Source: an uncultured Spirochaetota bacterium
GTDB lineage: Bacteria > Spirochaetota > UBA4802 > UBA5550
Direction of reading: 5' to 3'
Assembly (NCBI GenBank): GCA_963827275.1
Contig: CAWHAA010000007.1
Span: 224,001 to 288,000, forward strand
DNA length: 64,000 bases
The position numbers were made by a program, and so were the translations under genes. This document shows, in pieces, positions 8,596 through 18,337 of the stretch. Every line of letters begins with the position of its first letter. The first letter of the stretch is position 1. The notes beneath the pieces are model-generated. The model worked only from the letters and a program-made list of their open reading frames with translations, was not told where the DNA came from and ran no database searches.

Positions 8596-9650
8596 CAGAC
8601 TTCTCCTCGTAGAAAACTTGCTTTGTATTTACTTGATACGCGTCTCGTGATTATGCTGTAATACCAGGCCCCGATGAGCCCGCGAACGATGATTATCGAC
8701 GCGGAGTAGACGAGGCTGAACGCGAGTATCTGCGCCGGTGAACCGTAGTCCTTGAAGAGCAGCAGCATCGCCGCCTGCGAGGTACCGAGCCCGAACGCCG
8801 ATATCGGAATGCTGATGACCAGCAGGATGACCGGTACATACGCGATCAGGGCCGTAAACGGTATCTCGATGTTAAAGGCCCGTATCGCAACGTAGAAGAA
8901 AAGAATGAAGGTGGCGTAAAATACGCACCGGTATCCAATATTGATGATATACGTGGGAAACGATGTTTCAATATAAATCTTGAACAGGTCGTTCTGCTTG
9001 ATTTTCCTGATATACCTGAAATCGGGAAGGTATTTGATGAGCAGGACGGACAGGACACAGAACGCAAACAGGCCGGCGCAGATGACCGCGATTTTTTCAA
9101 GCCAGGCGGAGGACGTGTCAGCGGCCAGGAACGTCCCCCCGATGGCCATGAGCGTCAGGGAAACCTGCGTGGTGTAGTTCAAAAGAAACATCAGTCCCAT
9201 GCCGCGGAGGAGCGGGATGCTCTTCAGCTTGTTCAGATAATACGCGATGCTTCCCATGCCGAGCGTATAGTCGATGATCATGAGCAGGTATGATGCGCCG
9301 CGTATTAGCCTGGCGTCCTTGAACGAGATCTCATGATGGGAGCTCTTCAGTATCGCGTACAGGTTCTGCGTGTCGGTAATAAAATTCAGCACGATGAAGA
9401 CGGCCAGGGCCGCGCAGTAGAGCGCGACATCGGCGCGGGAGAGCGCGTCCAGCAGCGAGGTGTACTCGATACGCCAGATCAGGTACGCGAGTATCGCACC
9501 CCCCACCAGCCACGGAAGGGCCCGCTTGATGCCGCTGAACCTGGTGCGGGCAAGCTGCAGGGCGCCGGAAAAGCGCTTTTCAGGGCCGCCGCCGGTCACG
9601 GGCGCGGTAACGGCCGCTTCGTCGGTGTCGAATTTTAATGCCGGGATCAT
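8595..9650 (-). CDS. lysylphosphatidylglycerol-synthase TM / flippase-like membrane protein (UPF0104/YbhN-type)
   Basis: About 8-9 hydrophobic helices and the motif 'IPISAFGLGTSQAAM' (Pxx.gGxG). TGATG coupling to the capA-like gene. Confidence 0.8.
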   Translation of the reverse strand: MIPALKFDTDEAAVTAPVTGGGPEKRFSGALQLARTRFSGIKRALPWLVGGAILAYLIWRIEYTSLLDALSRADVALYCAALAVFIVLNFITDTQNLYAILKSSHHEISFKDARLIRGASYLLMIIDYTLGMGSIAYYLNKLKSIPLLRGMGLMFLLNYTTQVSLTLMAIGGTFLAADTSSAWLEKIAVICAGLFAFCVLSVLLIKYLPDFRYIRKIKQNDLFKIYIETSFPTYIINIGYRCVFYATFILFFYVAIRAFNIEIPFTALIAYVPVILLVISIPISAFGLGTSQAAMLLLFKDYGSPAQILAFSLVYSASIIIVRGLIGAWYYSIITRRVSSKYKASFLRGEV

Positions 9651-9667
9651 GCGCTGCTGACTCCCGC

Positions 9668-11206
9668 TTATATCCCGAACAGGTCAAGGAGACTGCCCAG
9701 CAGGCTGTCGCCCGATGAACCGGAGACATCCGCCAGCGGAATAACGCTGTCATCGTCGAACCCGCCGCGCGTGTAGCCGATCCAGAGGGGATCCCACGGC
9801 TTGCTGTAGCTCCATGCATAGGCTTCGTTGTCGGCTTCGATATAGTTGCGGTAGGCGTATTGCACGCTGTAATTGGAAAAATTTCGCAGGGTGTCCGGCG
9901 TCAGGTATGACGGGTGCGCGGTCATGTCGTACAGGAGCTCCTCGCACCTTCTGAAAACGTACTCCTCGATGGGGATGGCCCATGCCTGGATTTTCGCGAG
10001 CTCATTCTTGTTCATGGAACGGTCGTCCATGCCGGTGAGGACGTCCCCGGTGTTCGTTTCGTACAGGAGGCCCTCGAATGTTTCGCGCGCGTTCGATGCC
10101 CGCGCGAGAAGGCTCGTGTCGTTAAGGTCATGCCAGTTGCCGTCAAGGTCGAGGCCGTCGGCCCAGGCGAGCGGGCTCACTTCCCCCGCATGGACGAAAT
10201 AGGGGAGGAAGAGGGCGACCGAGGGCTCGCCCAGCGCGCACCAGAAAACGCTCAGGCGCGGATCGCTGCCGGGGACCACCCCGTCCACCAGCATGGAGAG
10301 CCGCGTCGCCGCCCTGCTGATGCAGTAGGTGGTGCTGTAATCGTCCTGGCAGTCGTCCTGGTCGAGCACGTTGCCGGTCCCGTCGACCTGCTGCCCGTAC
10401 ACGTCCTTGTTGATTTCAAGCATGCTGTTGCGGTAATTCAGCCGGTTCGTATTGGCCAGGTCGGTCAGCAGGTACTCCATGCGCTCGCGCCGCTCTTCCC
10501 CGTAATTGAACGGGATATAGGCGTTGGCGTTGGCGCGGGCGAAGAACCCGATGAAATCGTCCCCTTCGCCTTCGTCCACGACGGTGGTGTAGCTCATTAA
10601 GAGGCCACCGTGGAATTCGGTTATCCTGCCGTCGTTTGCGTCGTATTTCCTGAAATCCATCGGCCAGGCGCCGGAGATGACCCATCCGGTAAAGCATTCA
10701 TACAGCGCCGCGCCGCCCTTGGCGTCAATGACGACGAAGTTCCCGCTGATTACTTTCCCTCTGTGGGTATTGTGGAAATTCTTGAGGAGTGATTCCCAGT
10801 CCGCGATCGTGGCGCACTCCTGCAGGGCGTGCCTGATCAGGTCGGTATTGATATTGATCAATTCATGGAGCGGGTTAAAGTCCTCGTACACGGACGTGCA
10901 GGATACCGCGAACCCTGCCGCATTGACCCCGCCGGAGGGGTTCTCCGGGTCGCCATTGTTCAATTCCGCGGCGTCGTCAAAAGCGCTGACCATGATGTAG
11001 TCGCCCGCCTTCGCCGTTACCGCCGGGTAATGCTTGATCTCCTGGTGCCAGTTCGCTGAACAGTCCCTGTTCTTCCAGAGAAAGGGCCTGCCGGTCGTGG
11101 ACGCCTTCGCGGATACCACGACCACGTCACACGGATATACGTGCGTGTAGGTTAAGCCCGCGATGAGCGTCATAATTGCGATCAGATACACTCTTGCCTT
11201 TGTCAT
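9668..11206 (-). CDS. secreted Cys-type Ntn hydrolase/acyltransferase (peptidase C45 / isopenicillin-N acyltransferase-like)
   Basis: A signal peptide is followed directly by CDVVVVSAKASTTGRPFLWKNRD (N-terminal nucleophile Cys). Also 'GGVNAAGFA', 'ALQECATI' and 'NFVVIDAKG'. Confidence 0.75.
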   Translation of the reverse strand: MTKARVYLIAIMTLIAGLTYTHVYPCDVVVVSAKASTTGRPFLWKNRDCSANWHQEIKHYPAVTAKAGDYIMVSAFDDAAELNNGDPENPSGGVNAAGFAVSCTSVYEDFNPLHELININTDLIRHALQECATIADWESLLKNFHNTHRGKVISGNFVVIDAKGGAALYECFTGWVISGAWPMDFRKYDANDGRITEFHGGLLMSYTTVVDEGEGDDFIGFFARANANAYIPFNYGEERRERMEYLLTDLANTNRLNYRNSMLEINKDVYGQQVDGTGNVLDQDDCQDDYSTTYCISRAATRLSMLVDGVVPGSDPRLSVFWCALGEPSVALFLPYFVHAGEVSPLAWADGLDLDGNWHDLNDTSLLARASNARETFEGLLYETNTGDVLTGMDDRSMNKNELAKIQAWAIPIEEYVFRRCEELLYDMTAHPSYLTPDTLRNFSNYSVQYAYRNYIEADNEAYAWSYSKPWDPLWIGYTRGGFDDDSVIPLADVSGSSGDSLLGSLLDLFGI

Positions 11207-11261
11207 TATGCTTCTCTCCTCTGTTTAAGATGTGACAGTATTGCAATAGGAAACCGTTGCT

Positions 11262-12581
11262 TCAGACGGCTGATGTCAGGAGCGGTTCCTCGTCTTTGTT
11301 TCTCACCCTTGATTCTATCGCCTTGCGCTTGATGCTTTTTTTCATGTCGATATGATCGACGAATTCGACGGTAATGGTCACCGGTTCGGCGAATATTTCG
11401 TTGAGGCTGTCGATCAGCTCCCGGAACTGGCGCTCGTTGTATTCCTTGCCCCGCACGAGCTCGATGACGACGACACCCTTTTCTTTCTGGATGATCTTGA
11501 ACTCCTCCATGAGGTGCAGGTATTTTTTTATGTACTTTGTAAAGGTGTTCAGTATTTTCAGGGAAGACACGTATTTTCCGCTCGGAAGGATGAATGAATC
11601 ATCCGCCCTGCCTTCGAATGATTCCAGGAGGGGATACCCGAGGCCGCAGGCGCAATCACTATCGCTGTAGCGCCCTATGTCGCCGATCTTGTAGCGGATA
11701 AAGGGCATCGCGTCGCTCCGCGTCGTGGTCAGCACGATCTCGCCGTCTTCTCCCGGCTTGACCGGGTTGCCGTTCCTGTCAAGAAATTCCACCCATACGT
11801 TGTCAATGAACAGGTGGTAATGGCCTTCACTGCATTGCGACGCCACCATCCAGGTCTCTTCCGTGGAATACTCATCGTATACCGGGCAGCCGAATACCTT
11901 CGCGATGAACTCCCGCTGGTGCTTCGTTGAAAGCTCCGAGTTGATGCCGATGAATTTCGGCCGGATCAGCTTCAGGTCCTCCGGGGTCACCTTCTGGGCG
12001 ATCTCAAACACGAGCGACGCATAGCCGAGCAGGAGGTCGGCGCCCGCGTTTCTCAGCATGGCGATCTGCTCTTCAACCGGAATGGTCGAGGGGATGTGCT
12101 CCGTGCGGAGGAAGGGGCCTATATGCGGATAATTGATCTTCGTATATTTGATATATACCATTTTGTGCCATGGCCGGTAGCCGATCATGGTGTACATGCG
12201 TATGCCGGTCGCGACGTAAAACGCGAACGTTGACTTCGTGAATACGAATGGCAGCGACCGCCCCGTTGAACCGGTGGTGGCAGAATAATGGCAGTCCGCC
12301 ACATCATGCTTCCTGGAAACGATGCCGTCAGGGAACTGCTCGCGGACATCATCTTTCGTGATAAAGGGGAGCTTTCGCAGATCGTCGAGTGTTTTTATAT
12401 CATCGATATCGACGCCCCAGTCATCATAGAGTTTTTTATAAAAGGGGACGTTCGTATAGGCGCGTCGTATGCCGCGGACCAGCCTCCGCTCTGTCATCTT
12501 CATCAATCTTTTACGTGACAGGAGATTGTTGCAGTGGACCTTAATGGTTGAAATTATAATCAGTACAAGGAATCTCAACAT
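11262..12581 (-). CDS. phenylacetate-CoA ligase / CapK-like adenylate-forming enzyme
   Basis: Motifs 'NVPFYKKL', 'LPFITKDD', 'TTGSTG' (P-loop), 'DEYSTEE', 'MPFIRYKIGD' and 'EGRADD'. Confidence 0.9.
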   Translation of the reverse strand: MLRFLVLIIISTIKVHCNNLLSRKRLMKMTERRLVRGIRRAYTNVPFYKKLYDDWGVDIDDIKTLDDLRKLPFITKDDVREQFPDGIVSRKHDVADCHYSATTGSTGRSLPFVFTKSTFAFYVATGIRMYTMIGYRPWHKMVYIKYTKINYPHIGPFLRTEHIPSTIPVEEQIAMLRNAGADLLLGYASLVFEIAQKVTPEDLKLIRPKFIGINSELSTKHQREFIAKVFGCPVYDEYSTEETWMVASQCSEGHYHLFIDNVWVEFLDRNGNPVKPGEDGEIVLTTTRSDAMPFIRYKIGDIGRYSDSDCACGLGYPLLESFEGRADDSFILPSGKYVSSLKILNTFTKYIKKYLHLMEEFKIIQKEKGVVVIELVRGKEYNERQFRELIDSLNEIFAEPVTITVEFVDHIDMKKSIKRKAIESRVRNKDEEPLLTSAV

Positions 12582-13164
12582 TTTGTTATTCTCTGTCCTT
12601 TGATGAGATAAAAATCATATTTGCGCAAACCGTCTGGGCGGTATTTATTTTAATCATTTGTTTTAAAGAAGAAATTTTTCTCATATTGAGATTACATTCA
12701 AAATCTGTTATTAAAAACTTCTTCAGTGAGGGTAGAATGATATTCTCTATTTTCTACAATCCCTGTCAATATGTTTACCTGATACTTCTAGTATAATTGT
12801 TTAATATTTAAAAAGGCTTTGTTTGTATATTTTAAACTATTATATACTATATACAGAATTATCAGTTAGCAGTCTGGCAATTGTCTGATGTATCACAAAT
12901 AGGCTTATATTTAGATAGATCTATTATTTTGATCTGCCCGATAGTTATCGGTAGTTATCAAAGGCGATCTCTGTAGATTGTATACAATAGTTGACTTATT
13001 TAAGTAATAATACAAATATTAGTGAGCTGATCTCTCAATTATCAATACTATGCCCTCAATATCCTGAAATCCTGCGGTCATATGCATTTCTAATGCCACA
13101 TTAGTATGCATTCAGAACTACCGGTACCTGGCAACAGGAAAGCGAAACGCCGTCAGGGGTTACA

Positions 13165-13371
13165 TTATTTCCCGCTGATTTTGCTCCATACCCGCGGAAG
13201 GTACGCGCCGATAACTATCAGCAGGAGACCCAGGAGCGTCCATTTTGTAAAAAGCACATCGGCCTGGAAGCGGGTAAGGCCAACATTAAGGATGCTGATG
13301 TACCAGCCGACGACCATCAGGCCGATCCCGATTACATTCGGAATGATTGCGCTTCCTATTTTGTCTAACAT
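13165..13371 (-). CDS. small two-helix membrane protein
   Basis: 68 aa (MLDKIGSAIIPNVIGIGLMVVGWY...) with two TM segments and a GGAGAGGAG RBS. Confidence 0.65.
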   Translation of the reverse strand: MLDKIGSAIIPNVIGIGLMVVGWYISILNVGLTRFQADVLFTKWTLLGLLLIVIGAYLPRVWSKISGK

Positions 13372-13559
13372 ACGCATCTCCTCTCCAGCATTGATTGTTC
13401 CCCGGCCGTGCCGCATGGGAAAAATTATCCTGATTGTCGAATCCGGTTGACGTATAGTGCATGCGGATAATATTATCAAGAAGAATTTGCGTGCGGCGCA
13501 TAAATTGCGGAATGTATGACGGTGATGCGCCGGAACCTGAAGATGGTGCGGAGAGACCA

Positions 13560-14921
13560 ATGAAAAAAATGGCAGTGCCGTTGATGATTATTGCGATGCT
13601 GTTTCCTGCCGGCTGCGACAGGCGGAGCGGACGCATTGACCTCCTGGTGGGTGATGATTCCCTGAAGCAGTTCTATTCAATTGATGCATCTTCTGTCGCC
13701 ATGTACGCCTCGCCCGCGGACAGGAAATCCGGAAAGGCAGAATGCAGGGTATATGAGGAAGAATATGACGTGTTCATAAAAATGTTCCGCGTCCTGAGCG
13801 ACCGCGAGGTGCGCGAGGCCTACCTGGCCAAGGGGAATGCGCGTTTCCCTGCTGACTTTGCCGGGAAGGTGCGGGCAATGGACGACCGGTCCTTCCGGTT
13901 CGGCGCGGGCGGGATGAAGCCGCTCGAGGGCCTCCGTGTCGCGATTGACCCGGGGCACAGCGCCGGCTCCATGGAGGAGGCGATACGGGAAGGCAAGTTC
14001 ATGTCCCTGCGGGGCCCGGACGGCCGCCTGATCAGGTTCCATGAATCCGCGCTGAATCTCGCCACCGCAAAGGCGCTCAGGGAGATGCTTGAGAATGACG
14101 GGGCGACGGTGATGCTTACCAGGGAGGACAACCGGCAGGCGTTTCCGGTGCCTTTTGACCGGTGGAAGCAGGGTAACTTCCGCCAGGCGGTCATGGAGAA
14201 GATGGGTGAGCGCCTGATATCAAAGGAGGAGGCTGACCGCCTCCTGAAGGGTGCCGGCGGGGAGCGGGCGCGCCTCAAGTTCTTCAACAGCGAGTACGAG
14301 ATGCCCTGGCGGGCCCGGCTCATCAACGCGTTCCGCCCGCACATCACCGTGCTGGCGCATTTTAACGCGTACGATGACGATACCGGGTACCGGAGCAAGT
14401 ACCTCAGGATCAAGAGCATCATGCTGGGCAACCAGGGCCGGTGCGATGAAAAGATGAAAGATATCGAAGAGGTCGTTGCCTCTATCGCCGAGGTCAAGAA
14501 AAACTTCTGCTCCGCGTACGTGCCGGGCTGCTTTCTCCGCGGTGAGCTGGACGCCGTAGAGTCGCGGATCGAGTTCCTCCGCCTGGTCATTTCGCCGGAC
14601 CTGGAAAATTCGGCGATCTATTCGAAATACGTGGTCGATAATTTTCGGGATTACCTCAAGGTGCCCGCGGCGCGGGAAGCATATCACGGAGCGTACCGCG
14701 CAGGCATATGCAAAAAGGGCGTGTACGCGCGGAACTTCAGGATGACGCGGCTGGTGCGCGGCGTCCTCTGCCTGGGCGAGCCGGTTCTGCAGAACAACAT
14801 GGAAGAGGCCCTCCGCCTCAAGGAGATCGCGGAGGGCAGGGTGCCTGAGCGGGTGGTGGCGGCGGCGCGGGCCTACCGCGACGCGGTCCATGCCTACGCG
14901 GAGCGATATATGGCGGAGTGA
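13560..14921 (+). CDS. N-acetylmuramoyl-L-alanine amidase (Amidase_3) lipoprotein
   Basis: Lipobox FPAGC. Zn-amidase motifs VAIDPGH, E..LNL..A, VMLTR, LAHFNA and 'LCLGE', with large insertions. Confidence 0.8.
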   Translation: MKKMAVPLMIIAMLFPAGCDRRSGRIDLLVGDDSLKQFYSIDASSVAMYASPADRKSGKAECRVYEEEYDVFIKMFRVLSDREVREAYLAKGNARFPADFAGKVRAMDDRSFRFGAGGMKPLEGLRVAIDPGHSAGSMEEAIREGKFMSLRGPDGRLIRFHESALNLATAKALREMLENDGATVMLTREDNRQAFPVPFDRWKQGNFRQAVMEKMGERLISKEEADRLLKGAGGERARLKFFNSEYEMPWRARLINAFRPHITVLAHFNAYDDDTGYRSKYLRIKSIMLGNQGRCDEKMKDIEEVVASIAEVKKNFCSAYVPGCFLRGELDAVESRIEFLRLVISPDLENSAIYSKYVVDNFRDYLKVPAAREAYHGAYRAGICKKGVYARNFRMTRLVRGVLCLGEPVLQNNMEEALRLKEIAEGRVPERVVAAARAYRDAVHAYAERYMAE

Positions 14922-14937
14922 CGCCCGCCGGCGCTCA

Positions 14938-15636
14938 TTATCTTTTCTTTTTTGCCGTGGTTCCCGGCTTTTTCAGTTTTTTCCCGGGGATTTTCTTCAC
15001 CGGCGCCGCCTGCGCCGCAAGCTCGAAGTCCCTCTCTTCAGCTATCTTCCGCGGGGTTTTACCGTCATTGTTCACCAGGTTCGTCTTTGCGCCGGCCCTG
15101 GCGAGGACCTGCGAGGCCCTCCATTTCCCCTTGAGGAGGGCCTTGTGCAGCGGCGTGTTCCCCGTATTGTCCCGCGCGTCGATCTTCGCTCCCTGCTTTA
15201 TCAGGAAGCCGACGATCTGCTCATGCCCTTCCTCCGCCGCCTCGTGGAGCGGGGTCTCTCCATGGTAATCGGCCTGGTGTATGTTCGCCCTGCTGCGGAC
15301 AAGGAGCTGGACCAGCGGCAGGTTGCCTGATTCGACCGCCTCAAGGAGGGCGGTTTCTCCTTCCCGGTCCAGCGCGTTTGGGTTCGCTCCCTGGCGGAGC
15401 GCTTTTTTCGCCGCCTGCAGGTCGCCCCGGTCGCAGGCATCCAGGAGGTCGCGATCGGGATTAAGCTCTATGACCTGCGCGGTCGCCGCGTGTATCTTGA
15501 CAGAATCGATGCCGTTGATGCAGCTCTGTTTCGTGGAGTATCCCTCGCTTGAGGCGAGGATTTCGCCGTTAGGGGCCTTGAGGCGGAAGCGGAAGCCCCC
15601 CTTCTTGTCTTTATATACTTCAAAAAATGCCGGCAT
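14938..15636 (-). CDS. YegP/DUF1508 domain fused to ankyrin repeats with Lys-rich tail
   Basis: 'FEVYKDKKGGFRFRLKAPNGEILASSEGY' is DUF1508. GETALLEA, GETPLHEA, GNTPLHKA and GKTP are ankyrin motifs. Confidence 0.85.
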   Translation of the reverse strand: MPAFFEVYKDKKGGFRFRLKAPNGEILASSEGYSTKQSCINGIDSVKIHAATAQVIELNPDRDLLDACDRGDLQAAKKALRQGANPNALDREGETALLEAVESGNLPLVQLLVRSRANIHQADYHGETPLHEAAEEGHEQIVGFLIKQGAKIDARDNTGNTPLHKALLKGKWRASQVLARAGAKTNLVNNDGKTPRKIAEERDFELAAQAAPVKKIPGKKLKKPGTTAKKKR

Positions 15637-16014
15637 ATCACCCTCCTGTGAATAAAAAAAGAATGCAGTATGTAGTAACGTGCCCCGGTCGGCGGTCCTT
15701 GTTGCGGGACCGTTTAAATTGATATATAACCGGCTCGGGAATTAATCAAGCATAAATCATGCATGGCCCGGGCCTGCGTCCCCCCTGCGGGGGCCAGGGG
15801 GGCGGACAGAACGGGAGAGGGCTTCCCTTTCGAAAAACCGGGGGAAGTAAAAAAATTTTACCATGACGCTATTTGTCATGGCTGGCATGATAGTATACTA
15901 TTGCATTTTCAGGTACGGTGAATAAAAAAAGCCGTTTTACCGCTGCAGGTCCGGAAAAACTGATTGAATTTAATTTAACCGTATATACGTTTATAGCCAA
16001 ATGGAGGATCATGG

Positions 16015-17409
16015 ATGAACATTCCCGTCATACTGCTGATCATGTGCGCCGCCGGCCTGGCCGTTTTGCTGGTGAATACCTTCTTTTCGTACAAGGCCTC
16101 GAAGGCGAGCAGCGAAAACATGCTGGTCCAGTTCCGGTCAGCCCTCGATTATTTTGAAAAGATAATCAAGGGCACCGAGTCAACCATCAGGAACGAAGTG
16201 TCGCAGAACAGGCTCGAATCGGGAAAACACTCCAAGGAGTCCCGCGAAGAACTGATGAACACGTTCAGGGTGTTCGGCGATTCGATGATAAAAAGCATGA
16301 ACGATTCCTTTTCCGGCAGCAAGGGACAGCTGGATTCGTTCGCCAAGCACCTGCTGAACCTGACGAACACCAACGAGCAGAAGATGGAGAGCATGCGGCG
16401 CACCATCGAGGAGAGGATCAAGCATCTCCAGGAGGACAACGCGAAAAAGCTTGACCAGATGCGGGTGACCGTGGACGAGAAACTGCAGTCGACCCTGGAG
16501 CAGAGGCTCGGGGCATCTTTCAAAATTGTAAGCGAACGGCTGGAGATGGTGTACCGGGGCCTCGGGGAGATGAAGACCCTGGCGGCCAGCGTCGGAGACC
16601 TGAAGAACGTGCTGACAAAGGTGAAGCCCCGCGGGGTATGGGGCGAGATCCAGCTCGGCATCCTCCTCGAGCAGGTGCTGGCGCCGGAGCAGTACGAGCA
16701 GAACGTGGCCACGAAAAAGCGGAGCGCGGACAAGGTCGAATTCGCCATCAGGCTGCCGGGCCGCACCGGTGACCGGGATGATATCGTCTGGCTCCCCATA
16801 GACGCGAAATTTCCCCAGGAGGATTACCAGCGCCTCGTTGAGGCCCAGGACCGGGCCAACGCCGCGATGGCCGACGAGGCGGCGAAGCGGCTGGAGACGG
16901 TGATCAAAAGCGAGGGCAGGACGATCAGGGAGAAATATATCGATCCGCCGGGGACCACGGATTTTGCTATCATGTACCTGCCCACCGAGGGGCTCTACGC
17001 CGAGGTGATACGCCGGGCGGGGCTCTGCGACGTGCTGCAGAGGGAATACCGTATCGTGGTCGCGGGCCCTACCACGCTGGCGGCCCTGCTGAACAGCCTC
17101 CAGATGGGGTTCCGGACCCTCGCCATTGAACAGCGCTCCAGCGAGGTATGGAAGCTCCTGGGAGCGGTCAAGACGGAATTCGGGAGGTTCGGCGACCTGC
17201 TTGACAAGACGCATAAAAAGCTCCTGGAGGCGAGCAACACGATCGAGTCCGCTTCGAAAAAATCGCGCACCATCGAGAAAAAGCTGAAAAAGGTGCAGGA
17301 GCTCCCCGCATCAGACGCCGCGGACATGATTGATTTCGAGGGAGACATCGAAGAGGAACCTGATGACCAGGACAGGGTTGAAGGAGACCCCGGGCCGGGA
17401 AAGAGCTGA
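16015..17409 (+). CDS. rmuC: DNA recombination protein RmuC
   Basis: N-terminal TM plus coiled coil. Motifs 'RGVWGEIQL', 'LPIDAKFP', 'TTDFAIMYLPTEGLYAEV' and 'GPTTL'. Confidence 0.95.
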   Translation: MNIPVILLIMCAAGLAVLLVNTFFSYKASKASSENMLVQFRSALDYFEKIIKGTESTIRNEVSQNRLESGKHSKESREELMNTFRVFGDSMIKSMNDSFSGSKGQLDSFAKHLLNLTNTNEQKMESMRRTIEERIKHLQEDNAKKLDQMRVTVDEKLQSTLEQRLGASFKIVSERLEMVYRGLGEMKTLAASVGDLKNVLTKVKPRGVWGEIQLGILLEQVLAPEQYEQNVATKKRSADKVEFAIRLPGRTGDRDDIVWLPIDAKFPQEDYQRLVEAQDRANAAMADEAAKRLETVIKSEGRTIREKYIDPPGTTDFAIMYLPTEGLYAEVIRRAGLCDVLQREYRIVVAGPTTLAALLNSLQMGFRTLAIEQRSSEVWKLLGAVKTEFGRFGDLLDKTHKKLLEASNTIESASKKSRTIEKKLKKVQELPASDAADMIDFEGDIEEEPDDQDRVEGDPGPGKS

Positions 17410-17440
17410 CGGTCCGCACATGCCGGGAGGAGGTGGCCCG

Positions 17441-18214
17441 ATGAAAATCATCTTCCACGAAAAATTCTACGACTCGGATTACGCCGGGGACCCCGCCGCC
17501 GCGCCCGGACGGATGGAAGGCATCATGGAGGTCCTCTCCTCGAAGAAGGACCGGTATGAGATAATCCGCCCGGAGCCGGCTTCCGACGAGGACATCCTGC
17601 GCGCGCACAGCGCCGCGCACCTCCAGCGCATAAAGGGCAACCGGCGCCTGTACGAGCTGGCGTCGCTCTCCGCCGGCGGCGCCATACTCGCGGCGGAGCG
17701 GGCGTACGCGGGGGCCCCCTCGTTCGCGGTGATACGCCCTCCCGGCCACCACGCCTCGGCCGATTCCTGCTGGGGGTTCTGCTTTTTCAATAATATCAGC
17801 ATCAGTCTGCTCAGGTTGCGCGCCGAGGGCAGGATCGGGTCGGCCTTTGTCCTGGACTTCGACCTGCACACCGGCGACGGGAACATCAATATTCTGGAGG
17901 ACCGGAGGGACGGCTTCAGGGTGTCGATACTGAACCCGATGGCGCGCGAGCGGCGCGGGTATATCGCCGAGGTGGAGGAATTCATGCAGGGGCTCCATGA
18001 TATTGATATTGTCGTTGCCGCGGCCGGCTTCGACCAGGGCATCGACGACTGGGGCAACCTCCTGTACCCGGACGATTATGCCGAACTCGGCCGCCTGATG
18101 AAGGACCACGCCGGGCGGCTGTGCGGCGGACGCCGGTATGCCCTGCTGGAGGGCGGCTATAATCATGAGGTCATCGGCAGGAACGTGGACGCGTTCTGCG
18201 GCGGCCTTGAATGA
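17441..18214 (+). CDS. histone deacetylase / acetoin-utilization deacetylase family protein
   Basis: Motifs RPPGHHA, GFCFFNN, DFDLHTGDG, AGFD and LEGGY. The ATG at 17441 follows a GGAGG RBS. Confidence 0.92.
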   Translation: MKIIFHEKFYDSDYAGDPAAAPGRMEGIMEVLSSKKDRYEIIRPEPASDEDILRAHSAAHLQRIKGNRRLYELASLSAGGAILAAERAYAGAPSFAVIRPPGHHASADSCWGFCFFNNISISLLRLRAEGRIGSAFVLDFDLHTGDGNINILEDRRDGFRVSILNPMARERRGYIAEVEEFMQGLHDIDIVVAAAGFDQGIDDWGNLLYPDDYAELGRLMKDHAGRLCGGRRYALLEGGYNHEVIGRNVDAFCGGLE

Positions 18215-18337
18215 CCGGCCGCCCGGCCGATTATAGTCATTGACAAAAAATCGTCACCCGGGCAAATTAATACCTGACCGCCGGGCGCACCCGCGCCGGT
18301 CCTGTTCACAGAAATGATCACCAGAGGAGGGGGCACG

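Noticed and set aside
12620..12650. c-di-GMP-I riboswitch (GCAAACC) upstream of the operon
   Set aside because: It is on the wrong strand for the operon, and the rest of the GEMM consensus (GNRA tetraloop/receptor, P2) is not evident.
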